Positions 38,082 through 46,969 of a DNA stretch of 64,000 nt are shown here, one piece after another. The notes beneath the pieces are model-generated. The model was not told where the DNA came from, searched no databases, and worked only from the letters and a program-made list of their open reading frames with translations. The stretch is taken from positions 62,001 through 126,000 of IMG/VR virus record IMGVR_UViG_3300042308_001616. The stretch is one strand, 5' to 3'. A program made the translations under genes and the position numbers. How positions within the stretch are numbered: position 1 is the stretch's first letter; each line of letters begins with the position of its first letter.

Positions 38082-39972
38082 TTACAAAGAGGGTGACGAG
38101 ATAGTCGCACAAATTGAGTTCGGACATTCAGGGAATGCACAAATAAAAATAGAAGATAGAGAGTTCTTTATCCATAAGAGTAAAACTTTAAACTCACTAC
38201 ATTTGGACACAGTGAGAGTAATACTATTCAAAGGTCAGAAAAAAATAGAGGCTAAGGTAATAGAAGTAGTTTCGAGATTCAAACAAAACTTTGTAGGAAC
38301 TGCACAGGTAAAAAAAGACACAACATTTGTTGTTCCTGATAATCCGAAAGTACATGTAGATTTCTATGTTAGAGGAAAACATGAAGCAGAAGATGGACAA
38401 AAGGTTCTTGTGGAAATGACCGATTGGAAAGAAGATTCAAGATCACCCGCCGGAAGGATAGTCAAAATACTTGGTAGAAAAGGAGAGAATGAAACTGAGA
38501 TGAACTCTATAATGTATGAGTACAACCTACCAATCGACTTTCCTCAAGAAGTTATCAATGAGGCAGTATTAATCTCAGAAGTTATACCAGAATCCGAAAT
38601 AAAGAAAAGAAGAGACATCAGGTCTTGGACGACAATCGGAATAGATCCACACGACTCAAAAGACGCAGATGATACAATCGGTCTACACTTCGAAAATGGT
38701 AAAAGACTAATCTCTATAAACATAGCGGATGTCTCACACTACGTAAAACCAGGTAGTGAGCTCGACAAAGAAGCATATAGAAGATCCAGTTCGGTATATT
38801 TAGTAGACAGATGTGTTCCAATGATACCACACAACCTATCAAATGGTATATGTTCGTTGAAATCTGGAAGTGATAAACTTTGTTATTCTGTTATTGTTGA
38901 ACTAAATAATGATGGAAGGATAGAGGATAGTTGGTTCGGAAGAACTATAGTAAGAGTTGATAAAGATTTCTCTTATGAAATGGCACAAGAGGTAATCGAT
39001 AGAGGAACTACCGAAGTAGAAACTGAAAAAGTAATACTCGAATTAGATAGACTCGCCAGGAAGATGAGGAAAAGAAGATTGGCGGGTGGTTCACTCGAAA
39101 TTGGTGGAGTTGAAGTAAAATTCAAATTGGACGGAGATGGTAAGAAACCGATAGGTGTATATCTTAAGGAACAAAAAGAGGCAAACCATCTTATTGAGGA
39201 ATATATGTTACTTGCCAACCGAGAGGTAGCAAGGTTCATAAAGTCAAGAAAGTTACCTTGTGTTAATAGAATACACGAAGAACCGTCAGAAGAGAAATTA
39301 GAACACGTGAAGACTTTCATATCTGGTCTCGGATATATGATAAACTACGGATCAACACCAGAGAAGACAAAATTGGCGATAAATCAACTTATGAAAGATG
39401 CAAAAGGAACTCCCGAGGAGAACATCATAACCACTTTAGTAATAAGAGCACAACAGAAAGCAAAATATTCGACAAGGGATTTAGGTCACTATGGATTAGG
39501 TTTCCAACACTATTCACATTTCACAAGTCCAATTAGAAGATATAGTGACATACTAGCACACAGACTTCTTTCGAGAGCACTAAACTCAGAAGGCTATAAT
39601 AAGGATGTAAACTTCGGTGAACTAGACAAACAATGTGAATGGATTTCTAAACAAGAGATGGCAGCGTCGAAGGCACAGAGAGATTCGGTGAAGTACAAAC
39701 AAGCAGAATACCTACAAGATAGGATAGGACAAGTTTTCGAGGGTATTGTCTCTGGAGTTCTCGAAAGAGGAATATACGTAGAACTCAACGAAAGTAAGTG
39801 TGAGGGAATGATTAGAATCTCAGAGATGGGTGGAAAGTGGACAGCATACCCGGACAAATATGCAGTTATGAACGAGTTTGGTGAGACGATTCGATTGGGA
39901 GATACAATCAAAATCGTTATAAAGGCAGTAGATCTTGAAAAGAAACAAATTGATTTTATAAAATTCAACTAA
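38074..39972 (+). CDS. rnr: Ribonuclease R (RNB family)
   Basis: CSD domains, IDPHDSKDADD catalytic motif, IEEYMLLAN, HFTSPIRRYSD, C-terminal S1 domain; start moved to MINYKEG. Confidence 0.92.
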   Translation: MINYKEGDEIVAQIEFGHSGNAQIKIEDREFFIHKSKTLNSLHLDTVRVILFKGQKKIEAKVIEVVSRFKQNFVGTAQVKKDTTFVVPDNPKVHVDFYVRGKHEAEDGQKVLVEMTDWKEDSRSPAGRIVKILGRKGENETEMNSIMYEYNLPIDFPQEVINEAVLISEVIPESEIKKRRDIRSWTTIGIDPHDSKDADDTIGLHFENGKRLISINIADVSHYVKPGSELDKEAYRRSSSVYLVDRCVPMIPHNLSNGICSLKSGSDKLCYSVIVELNNDGRIEDSWFGRTIVRVDKDFSYEMAQEVIDRGTTEVETEKVILELDRLARKMRKRRLAGGSLEIGGVEVKFKLDGDGKKPIGVYLKEQKEANHLIEEYMLLANREVARFIKSRKLPCVNRIHEEPSEEKLEHVKTFISGLGYMINYGSTPEKTKLAINQLMKDAKGTPEENIITTLVIRAQQKAKYSTRDLGHYGLGFQHYSHFTSPIRRYSDILAHRLLSRALNSEGYNKDVNFGELDKQCEWISKQEMAASKAQRDSVKYKQAEYLQDRIGQVFEGIVSGVLERGIYVELNESKCEGMIRISEMGGKWTAYPDKYAVMNEFGETIRLGDTIKIVIKAVDLEKKQIDFIKFN

Positions 39973-39973
39973 A

Positions 39974-40420
39974 ATGGGAAGGTTAAAGTCGAAAGAAATG
40001 GTCGTACACACCTTAGAAGTAGAATTGAATGATGATGAATCACTCGACTACTACGAGAGTCTACTCACCAGGTACAACCAATGGAAGGTATTCAAAAGAG
40101 AGGTCAGACTCACTGGTCTACTGAATTCTGGTAAGAAGATACAATTCGACATAGAAGACGCGAACCTACTAATATACACAGATATGGATGCCATACAATA
40201 CATACACAAAGCAGTCTTCCGTGCAGACAACATAAAATTTATATTGAAAGACGAAGAAATAGTCAGTATGTCATTGTCCGGTGAGATAATTCCAACATCG
40301 ATGGGAACTTGTATAAAAGGAATATTGGACGAAGGAATACCACTAAAGATAAAGAAGTACAACGACAAACAAGGTAGAATAATTTTCTACATAGACATAG
40401 AAGACGACAAAGCAGCATAA
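39974..40420 (+). CDS. Hypothetical protein
   Basis: 148-aa ORF coupled to rnr. Confidence 0.7.
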   Translation: MGRLKSKEMVVHTLEVELNDDESLDYYESLLTRYNQWKVFKREVRLTGLLNSGKKIQFDIEDANLLIYTDMDAIQYIHKAVFRADNIKFILKDEEIVSMSLSGEIIPTSMGTCIKGILDEGIPLKIKKYNDKQGRIIFYIDIEDDKAA

Positions 40421-40430
40421 AGCAGCATAA

Positions 40431-40460
40431 AAAAAAACCTCTCAATGAGAGGTTTTGTTT
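40431..40460. terminator. Bidirectional terminator
   Basis: AAAACCTCTC-aat-GAGAGGTTTT between convergent genes. Confidence 0.75.
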
Positions 40461-40472
40461 TTATAATAAGTT

Positions 40473-42206
40473 TTAGAATTCGAATTCGGCACCACCTTGA
40501 GCACCACCCTGTGCTGGAGGAGCTTGAGCACCACCCTGTGCCGGAGGAGCCTGAGCACCACCTTGTGCCGGAGGAGTTTGAGCACCACCTTGAGCACCAC
40601 CCATATCACCACCTTGAGCACCACCCATATCACCACCGCCACCACCTTGAGCACCACCTTCACCCGGGACTCCGGAACCGATAGTTGTTGCATCTTTGGT
40701 CCAATATCTTGCATTCTCTGCTTTCTCTTCTGGTGTAAGTTTGAATATGTGGTCCATTATATACTCTATGTGGAAATATGGTTTCTCACCATTCATAACA
40801 CCAAGCATTGTTCCTACAATACCTGCTTTCTTCTCTAGGTTACCCAACTTTTTCCACTCTTCAAAGACCTGATTAGAGTAAAAGACTATGTCCATTTGGT
40901 TCATAAACCTATCATCTTCAATCAATTCTGGAAATTCGATGAGCATCTGCATCTTTAGTGGTTTAACAATTATCTCTTTGAAGTTAGATCTAAGTCTACC
41001 TATGAAGTTGTGAAACTTAATCTCATCTCTCGTCATCTCAGAAGCCTCGGTTACTAAGTTACCACCACCACTTTCACCTTCGAAACGGTTTAGTGGAATC
41101 TTACTTGCACGTTTCAATGCCTGGTGAAACCATTTTAGCATTCCGTCTTCGTTTAGGTCGTGTCCCTGTGGTGACTTCAACTCCATTGAAGGAGAACCCG
41201 CATCACCTTCTGGAAACCAAATCTGTTTGTTGAAAGGAAGATGTTTAGAGCCATTGATTGTGAGTGTACCTAAAGTGTCATCCCACTCAACTTCCTCAGA
41301 GTAATCGTGTATCAGTTGACCTATCTGTTCTTCGGCTCTCTGTCTGGAAAGACCTTTAATAGGAATTTTAAACTCCTGATAAAGTGTTGCATTGATAATG
41401 TTGAACATTATCTTAGTCTGTTCAAGAATTTTGAGCTGGTTGTATGGTCTTATGAGTCCTTCTACGTATGATGTCTCAGAATAGTCATTCTGTGTAGAGA
41501 ATGATATAAAAACAATCTGTGAGTCTAGGAATATTCTTCTAAGTTGTGGATCTTCCGGATATTGTATCCAGAGGTGTCCTACGTTTGGTTCGTATGCAGG
41601 AAGTATCGTCTCTGGACGTAATCTATTGAATGCTACTATGTTTTTCTTTTTGTCGTCATATACAAGCTCTATGGCTACATATCCATCTACGAGGAAATCC
41701 TTCATCATATTAAAGGCGGTTATACTATCTGAAAATCCATATTTGTTGTATATTGATTCGAAGTATTCTTGATACTTATCATGTATTTCTTTGTTATAAT
41801 CCGAACTTAGTGGTCTTGGTGAACAGAAATCACGATCATCGTTATAAACAATACATTCATCTGCAACTTGACTCACAAAGTCTCTTATCTCATCTTTTAT
41901 AGAGTATTCTCTTAGAATTCTTCGTTTATCTGGATAAGACCTATCGAGATATGGTACAGACTTCCTGTTCAAAACCGATGCCACTGCCCTGGATGAGAAA
42001 AAATCATACATCGAATTTCCTTTAGAAGCATATGGATCCTCATTGATTCCTATACCAACCTGGTTACGTATGATCATATCATCATAGTTCATTCCATGGT
42101 TAGAAAGGTTTCTAAGTATCCTATTAAAGAAGCCCTTATTTTCTCCTGAGTTTTGTATAGAACCCAGATTCTGTTCATTGTTGTTAAAATAATTATAAGA
42201 GGCCAT
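40473..42206 (-). CDS. gp20: Portal protein, T4 gp20-like
   Basis: FLVDGY, LRPE, YVEGLIRPYNQL, WFPEG..G, ALKRASKIPLNR, TRDEIKFHNFIGRLR; C-terminal GGAQAPPAQ repeats. Confidence 0.88.
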   Translation of the reverse strand: MASYNYFNNNEQNLGSIQNSGENKGFFNRILRNLSNHGMNYDDMIIRNQVGIGINEDPYASKGNSMYDFFSSRAVASVLNRKSVPYLDRSYPDKRRILREYSIKDEIRDFVSQVADECIVYNDDRDFCSPRPLSSDYNKEIHDKYQEYFESIYNKYGFSDSITAFNMMKDFLVDGYVAIELVYDDKKKNIVAFNRLRPETILPAYEPNVGHLWIQYPEDPQLRRIFLDSQIVFISFSTQNDYSETSYVEGLIRPYNQLKILEQTKIMFNIINATLYQEFKIPIKGLSRQRAEEQIGQLIHDYSEEVEWDDTLGTLTINGSKHLPFNKQIWFPEGDAGSPSMELKSPQGHDLNEDGMLKWFHQALKRASKIPLNRFEGESGGGNLVTEASEMTRDEIKFHNFIGRLRSNFKEIIVKPLKMQMLIEFPELIEDDRFMNQMDIVFYSNQVFEEWKKLGNLEKKAGIVGTMLGVMNGEKPYFHIEYIMDHIFKLTPEEKAENARYWTKDATTIGSGVPGEGGAQGGGGGDMGGAQGGDMGGAQGGAQTPPAQGGAQAPPAQGGAQAPPAQGGAQGGAEFEF

Positions 42207-42331
42207 GTACCAATTTTATTTTCTTTATATCACTGTTTATATCCGGCGTCTCGGATTTGAAATATCCACTATAGTAGAACATATTATATATTAATTTCGA
42301 TATGTCGGTAATCACACTGAACATCTTATCT

Positions 42332-42490
42332 TTAGTGGTCTTCATCCGTCTTCAAACATTTTTTGTCTATATCTTGATATATGTATCTTCCGGTTGGTGT
42401 CTTTTCAGTACGAATAAAACCACGTTTTACCCAGTTATGTAAAGTTCTACGAGTGATACCGTATTTTTCCATTACTTCTTTAGCCTTCAT
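42332..42490 (-). CDS. 52-aa MerR / IS607-TnpA-like HTH protein (below ORF-track cutoff)
   Basis: Manual translation MKAKEVMEKYGITRRTLHNWVKRGFIRTEKTPTGRYIYQDIDKKCLKTDEDH; AATATATA upstream. Confidence 0.75.
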   Translation of the reverse strand: MKAKEVMEKYGITRRTLHNWVKRGFIRTEKTPTGRYIYQDIDKKCLKTDEDH

Positions 42491-42601
42491 ATTTTATATA
42501 TTGGAACCAATAGAGTACCTTTCTACATTTTTCTATAAAAATTTGATACAATTAAACTTATTTATGTAAATTCCATATTATTATTACTATAATAAAATTA
42601 T

Positions 42602-42895
42602 ATGAACAAAGTTTTTCTACAGGTTTGGGTTGAGTCCGTACCTGGTAAAATAGAGAGAGATGGATGCTCTATACACCTAGATCAAAGTGATAGATTAGAA
42701 TATCTTAGAAAAGAATATTCTGGTAGGAATTCATCAAATATACCTGAATGTTATGAGATGGCATTGGGTGAAGCGATTGAAGCTTTCATTGGGGATGATC
42801 TTTTCAAAATTGTTTCCATTGATAAAAGTATAAGAATAGAGGAGACTTCACTTAGGAACCTTTTAACATTAGACGAGATAACTATAAAATTATGA
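42602..42895 (+). CDS. Hypothetical protein
   Basis: 97-aa ORF. Confidence 0.65.
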   Translation: MNKVFLQVWVESVPGKIERDGCSIHLDQSDRLEYLRKEYSGRNSSNIPECYEMALGEAIEAFIGDDLFKIVSIDKSIRIEETSLRNLLTLDEITIKL

Positions 42896-43236
42896 TAAAC
42901 ATTTTACACTTTGTGTTGTTATTATTTATGTTGAATGAAATATTCTTCATATTCAATCGAAAACGATTAGACATCAATTTCGAAAACAAAGATATTCTTT
43001 CGGTTAAGACAATAGATCTTTTACATTATATAACACGTGTAATGTCTTTTATCTGGACAATACTTCTATTCATCACCGGTTACAAATTAGTGGCATCTAT
43101 TTTTGTCATATTGGTGTTGCTCAAATTTTTGTTATATCACCTGAATGAAAAGATATACAGAGTATATGTAATTATTTTACCAATAATATACGTTATATTC
43201 TATTTTTCAGTTTTCTATATGCATCTCATACGTTAA
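42892..43236 (+). CDS. Multi-TM membrane protein
   Basis: Three to four hydrophobic segments in 114 aa. Confidence 0.65.
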   Translation: MINILHFVLLLFMLNEIFFIFNRKRLDINFENKDILSVKTIDLLHYITRVMSFIWTILLFITGYKLVASIFVILVLLKFLLYHLNEKIYRVYVIILPIIYVIFYFSVFYMHLIR

Positions 43237-43753
43237 ACCTTTTTAGGTTCTCTTCGGTTATTATTATAAATTCGTAGCCTTTTTTATTACACCACTCTAT
43301 CATGGTTTCCCATTTACTTTTGTTTTTGTAGGCCATTTTCAAATCATATTCAAATCCTTTTAGTTTTTTAGTTCCTTTCTCAGGAACCTGAAGTTTACCT
43401 TCACTAAGTGCAACAACCATGTTGTATTCTTTCTGTGGTTTTACTTCAACAACAACCTCACGAAGTACACCATCTTTACCTCTCATACGGTAAAAGAAGT
43501 CGGGATAATACCTATGTGATTTAACTTTAGCATCACCATTATCAAAGTGTGTCATTTGATAAGGTATTTCTAAACATTCTGCGCCCCATTGGAAAATTTC
43601 ATCTTTCATATCGAGCCAGACCATTATTTTCTTCTCCCATGAGCTACGAAAGTAGACTCCACCTTGTGTGTTAAGTTTGAGTACTTTGTCTTTGTTTTTT
43701 GGTATGTAATTTCCGGAGTTGTAGCTGGAGTTGGATGGCTTTGAGTTTATCAT
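43226..43753 (-). CDS. gp4: Head completion nuclease, T4 gp4-like (TnsA-fold)
   Basis: YFRSSWE, WGAECLEIPY, HRYYPDFF, VEVKP, NKSKWE motifs. Confidence 0.85.
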   Translation of the reverse strand: MINSKPSNSSYNSGNYIPKNKDKVLKLNTQGGVYFRSSWEKKIMVWLDMKDEIFQWGAECLEIPYQMTHFDNGDAKVKSHRYYPDFFYRMRGKDGVLREVVVEVKPQKEYNMVVALSEGKLQVPEKGTKKLKGFEYDLKMAYKNKSKWETMIEWCNKKGYEFIIITEENLKRFNV

Positions 43754-43768
43754 AGTCCCGCTTTTTTG

Positions 43769-43784
43769 ATTTTATATATAAAAT
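43769..43784. promoter_or_regulatory. 16-bp palindromic late-promoter element between divergent gp4 and gp2-like genes
   Basis: ATTTTATATATAAAAT perfect palindrome. Confidence 0.6.
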
Positions 43785-43795
43785 AAAATTCTTCT

Positions 43796-44494
43796 ATGGG
43801 ACATCTGACAGAACTTACTAAGTTAAACCTACTCGTTTATGGTGAAGATGAGGCAGATTTCTACAAAAAGAATACTGTTTACTTTCTCGAAAAATATATG
43901 AAGTCTGACAATGATGTGAAGGCGGTTCGTCTCGGAGACATAAAACCGGGAAGATTTTATTTCCTTCATTATATGGATGACTCTAATTGGATGAAATATT
44001 CACCGGTATTTGTAATAGAGCACAAAAAGTTTGATAATATGATAATTCTTAGTTGTGTGAATATGAACTTCCTACCTTTAATATACCGGGTTGCACTATT
44101 CGATCCATTTATGAAGGAAGAAGACTTAGCCAACAAAAACTTCGTACTAAAAGCAAAATTTGAAAATGTTTTCAAAGAGTTGAAAAGATACGGTTTTCAA
44201 TGGGCAATAATGGAGTTCAACCTGGCACAAGTACAATTGGCACACCTAATCGACTTAGAGCTACTTCCACGTTTTTTATATTCAGGTCACCCAAAAGCAA
44301 AATATGATCCAGGTAAGTTAGCACAGATATGGAAAAAGAAAATTGTCGAACAGGACAAACGTGATCAAGAAATAGCTTCTGCAAATATAAAAGACTTCTT
44401 TGACATAACAAAAGAGATTGGTGGTAAGTATGACGCATTGAAAGGACACATCAGTCGTCTTCAAAAATCTGTAAAAAAGTATGGTGGTCGTTGA
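43796..44494 (+). CDS. gp2: DNA end protector, T4 gp2-like
   Basis: PGRFYFLHY, YSPVF, VNMNFLPL..R..LF pattern; adjacent to gp4 as in T4-like phages. Confidence 0.55.
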   Translation: MGHLTELTKLNLLVYGEDEADFYKKNTVYFLEKYMKSDNDVKAVRLGDIKPGRFYFLHYMDDSNWMKYSPVFVIEHKKFDNMIILSCVNMNFLPLIYRVALFDPFMKEEDLANKNFVLKAKFENVFKELKRYGFQWAIMEFNLAQVQLAHLIDLELLPRFLYSGHPKAKYDPGKLAQIWKKKIVEQDKRDQEIASANIKDFFDITKEIGGKYDALKGHISRLQKSVKKYGGR

Positions 44495-44502
44495 TTTTTC
44501 AT

Positions 44503-44510
44503 TATATTTG
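44503..44510 (+). promoter_or_regulatory. Bacteroidota-type -7 promoter box (TATATTTG)
   Basis: Exact TAnnTTTG 14 nt before ATG 44525. Confidence 0.6.
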
Positions 44511-44524
44511 TAAAAACAACAGAG

Positions 44525-44971
44525 ATGAAATACACAACTTATATTTCCGCCGCAGAAAAACTTTCGGCACTTGGTCAAAAAGAAATTTCGAAAAAGTTTT
44601 TGACACACGCAAACGAAATTGTCAACAAAAGATTGACAGAGTTCGACTTTGACATATTAGTTGGTCAAGTGAAACACTTCGATGGTGCCAAATTCGCAGA
44701 GACACGGGTATTGAGGGAAAAGGAGGCAAGTACAATTATGTTCATCTTCAAATCCGGTACTAACACACATCGTATCAATACTACATTGAGACATAATGGT
44801 GAGATTGTTTGGCATGATGGGAATCACTTTTGTAATAGAAAGTCGGTAAAATCATTTGAAAAACTGATAAATATCATTGTAGAATACAATAAGGATATAC
44901 ACAAACTACTCAACGAGATGCAGTTGAAATCGGATGCACTTAAGCTCATACAAAGAACATTCTATCTATAG
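44525..44971 (+). CDS. Hypothetical protein
   Basis: 148-aa ORF with a host-type promoter and a terminator. Confidence 0.7.
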   Translation: MKYTTYISAAEKLSALGQKEISKKFLTHANEIVNKRLTEFDFDILVGQVKHFDGAKFAETRVLREKEASTIMFIFKSGTNTHRINTTLRHNGEIVWHDGNHFCNRKSVKSFEKLINIIVEYNKDIHKLLNEMQLKSDALKLIQRTFYL

Positions 44972-44975
44972 ATAT

Positions 44976-44998
44976 AAAGACCCGAAAGGGTCTTTCTT
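44976..44998. terminator. Bidirectional terminator
   Basis: AAAGACCC-gaaa-GGGTCTTT. Confidence 0.8.
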
Positions 44999-45004
44999 TA
45001 TAAA

Positions 45005-45193
45005 TTAGTTCTCGAATCCCCATAGCTCACGCAACTTATCGACTCTTCTCTCACGCCACCAGAACCTGGAAATAGCAGCACGAACATCGATACCTGGATT
45101 CGATACAATGTCGTAAGTAGTGAAATCAAAGAGAGTGGAGTCCCATTCCGTCGTTGCTTCCCTCGATTGAGATGAGTCTGATTTGGTGTTCAT
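45005..45193 (-). CDS. Small ORF overlapping the sigma gene in the +1 frame (independent gene or frameshift extension)
   Basis: Open frame to TAA at 45005, just before a terminator; candidate starts lie inside the sigma gene. Confidence 0.35.
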   Translation of the reverse strand: MNTKSDSSQSREATTEWDSTLFDFTTYDIVSNPGIDVRAAISRFWWRERRVDKLRELWGFEN

Positions 45194-45491
45194 TGTCTCC
45201 TTTCTTTTTATAGAGATCATTATATCCTTTGGCTATTCCGCGTTTGAATATCTCTGTGAAGTAAGCGAATGCATTAACTGACTTCTCTTCATTGAAGTTG
45301 TACCAGTTTTGGAAGATATAGAGTAATCCACTTTGGTAGCAATCTAATCGGTCGTCGTTTGACCAATATCTCATCTTTTTTATTGTCTTCTTTGCGAGAA
45401 GTTCTAACATCTTTTGTGCAGGTCTGGTTAGTCTACCCTGTGCCTTACTCACTACGAGTTCGACATACAATTCCCTATTATTTAAATACAT
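45126..45491 (-). CDS. gp55: Late-transcription sigma factor, T4 gp55-like (short)
   Basis: YLNNREL, DDRLDCYQSG, NFNEEKSVNAFAYFTEI match the gp55 NFDPEKSxNPFAYFTQI pattern. Confidence 0.75.
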   Translation of the reverse strand: MYLNNRELYVELVVSKAQGRLTRPAQKMLELLAKKTIKKMRYWSNDDRLDCYQSGLLYIFQNWYNFNEEKSVNAFAYFTEIFKRGIAKGYNDLYKKKGDNEHQIRLISIEGSNDGMGLHSL

Positions 45492-45578
45492 TAATAATCG
45501 CTATTTTTTTTCGGGCCTTTGCCCTACGAGCGATTCATGAAAGTTTATATATTGTTGATTTGCAAAAGTTTACAAACA

Positions 45579-45610
45579 AAAAAATCCACCTTAAGGTGGA
45601 TTTTATTTTT
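45579..45610. terminator. Terminator
   Basis: AAAATCCACC-ttaa-GGTGGATTTT. Confidence 0.7.
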
Positions 45611-45621
45611 ATTGTAAATTA

Positions 45622-46905
45622 TTATAATTTGACTCTTTCGTTATACATAAGTTCTTTAACTCCGTGTAACTCTGCATCAAGAACATTTTTTCTTTTTTCT
45701 AAATTACTGAGTGCCGTTGTTAGAACTTCAGATTCACCAATCATATTGATAGATCCTTTAAGTTTATCGATGTTGAAACTTACATCCTCTAATTTTAGAG
45801 TTATTTCTCTTTCTTTATCTTCTAACTTTCTCTTAACAACCAATTCTTTTCCTAATTTGTTTTCAAAAAAGTAAGTCAAATCATAGTTAAGTTCATTTCT
45901 TACCTCATTTACTAATTCTAATGCAGATTCGTACTTGAAGAATGAATTTCCATATCTCTCATCACATCTATAAAGGAATGTAGTGTTTTTGTAGTTGAAT
46001 GCGAAACACTCAAGGTATGGATTGATAAGGTTGTTTATTTTCTTAACAACATCAAGTTCCACAAATTTATCAAGGTTTTTAGAAACCTCAACTAAAATAG
46101 GATAAAAGTTCTTATTCACAATTGGAATGATTGGTGAATTGAAAAGACTCTCAAGAGTTGTTTCGTTATTCATCTCATCATCATTGATGTATAGACCATC
46201 CTTTTTATCTACAGAAAGACCGATTGTCAAATATTCTGAAACTCTGAAATTGATTCTATCATCTACGATGTTAGCATATTTCATAGCAGTCTCAAGAGTT
46301 CTTAATGACCTTAAATCTTCTTCATCTTTTACGTGATTCTCAAGTAAAGTTTTTTCAATTACATTCTCACTTAGAAGGAACCAAGAATCCTTAACTAATG
46401 CGATGTGACCATCTTCTACTTGTTCAACAATAGTGAATACAGATTCACCTTTACCACCACTAAGTAAGTTAGATCTTTTCTCTGGTGACTTAGTTAAGTT
46501 ATGTACGAAAAGTTTAATTTCAGGAACCCAGTCATAAATGGCGAGTTCGTTAAGTACTTTGGACATTCTGTCCTGATCACCCTCGAGATTGATTGTTTGA
46601 AGTAAAACATTGATTGGTTGTCTATAGATTTCACCACCGTTCTTTGTATTCAATACGTTATAGAGGTTCTTAAGCTCGTATAGAAGCTCATTACTCTTCA
46701 TATCGTCATTGAGTGACTCTAAAAGTGATTTTACTTCTTTATCATATGTGTACGGCTTGAGCCTTTCATTCAGTGAAAGTATCACTGATTTCTCGGAGTT
46801 TTCACCGCATGCGTTAAGATGACTCTCAACGATGCTGGATATTTCTTCTTGTTCAAGAGAAAGATTTTTCTTAAAGTTGAAGAGTTCGAGTTTAAGATTC
46901 TTCAT
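45622..46905 (-). CDS. Hypothetical, probably virion protein with C-terminal coiled coil
   Basis: Start moved from 47118 to MKNLKLELF, which follows TAATATATA and removes the overlap with gp15. Confidence 0.7.
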   Translation of the reverse strand: MKNLKLELFNFKKNLSLEQEEISSIVESHLNACGENSEKSVILSLNERLKPYTYDKEVKSLLESLNDDMKSNELLYELKNLYNVLNTKNGGEIYRQPINVLLQTINLEGDQDRMSKVLNELAIYDWVPEIKLFVHNLTKSPEKRSNLLSGGKGESVFTIVEQVEDGHIALVKDSWFLLSENVIEKTLLENHVKDEEDLRSLRTLETAMKYANIVDDRINFRVSEYLTIGLSVDKKDGLYINDDEMNNETTLESLFNSPIIPIVNKNFYPILVEVSKNLDKFVELDVVKKINNLINPYLECFAFNYKNTTFLYRCDERYGNSFFKYESALELVNEVRNELNYDLTYFFENKLGKELVVKRKLEDKEREITLKLEDVSFNIDKLKGSINMIGESEVLTTALSNLEKRKNVLDAELHGVKELMYNERVKL

Positions 46906-46969
46906 GTGTTTCGAAATTTTTTTTGTTTTCTTTGGGTATATATTATTCGCAAAAAGCCATTTTTTTCCA

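Noticed and set aside
40442-40838. Short ORFs overlapping the portal 3' end (40442..40714, 40445..40684, 40497..40838)
   Set aside because: Shadows of the GC-rich portal tail repeats.
42332-42490. Complete IS607/TnpB element
   Set aside because: Only the HTH is present; no serine recombinase catalytic domain or TnpB follows.
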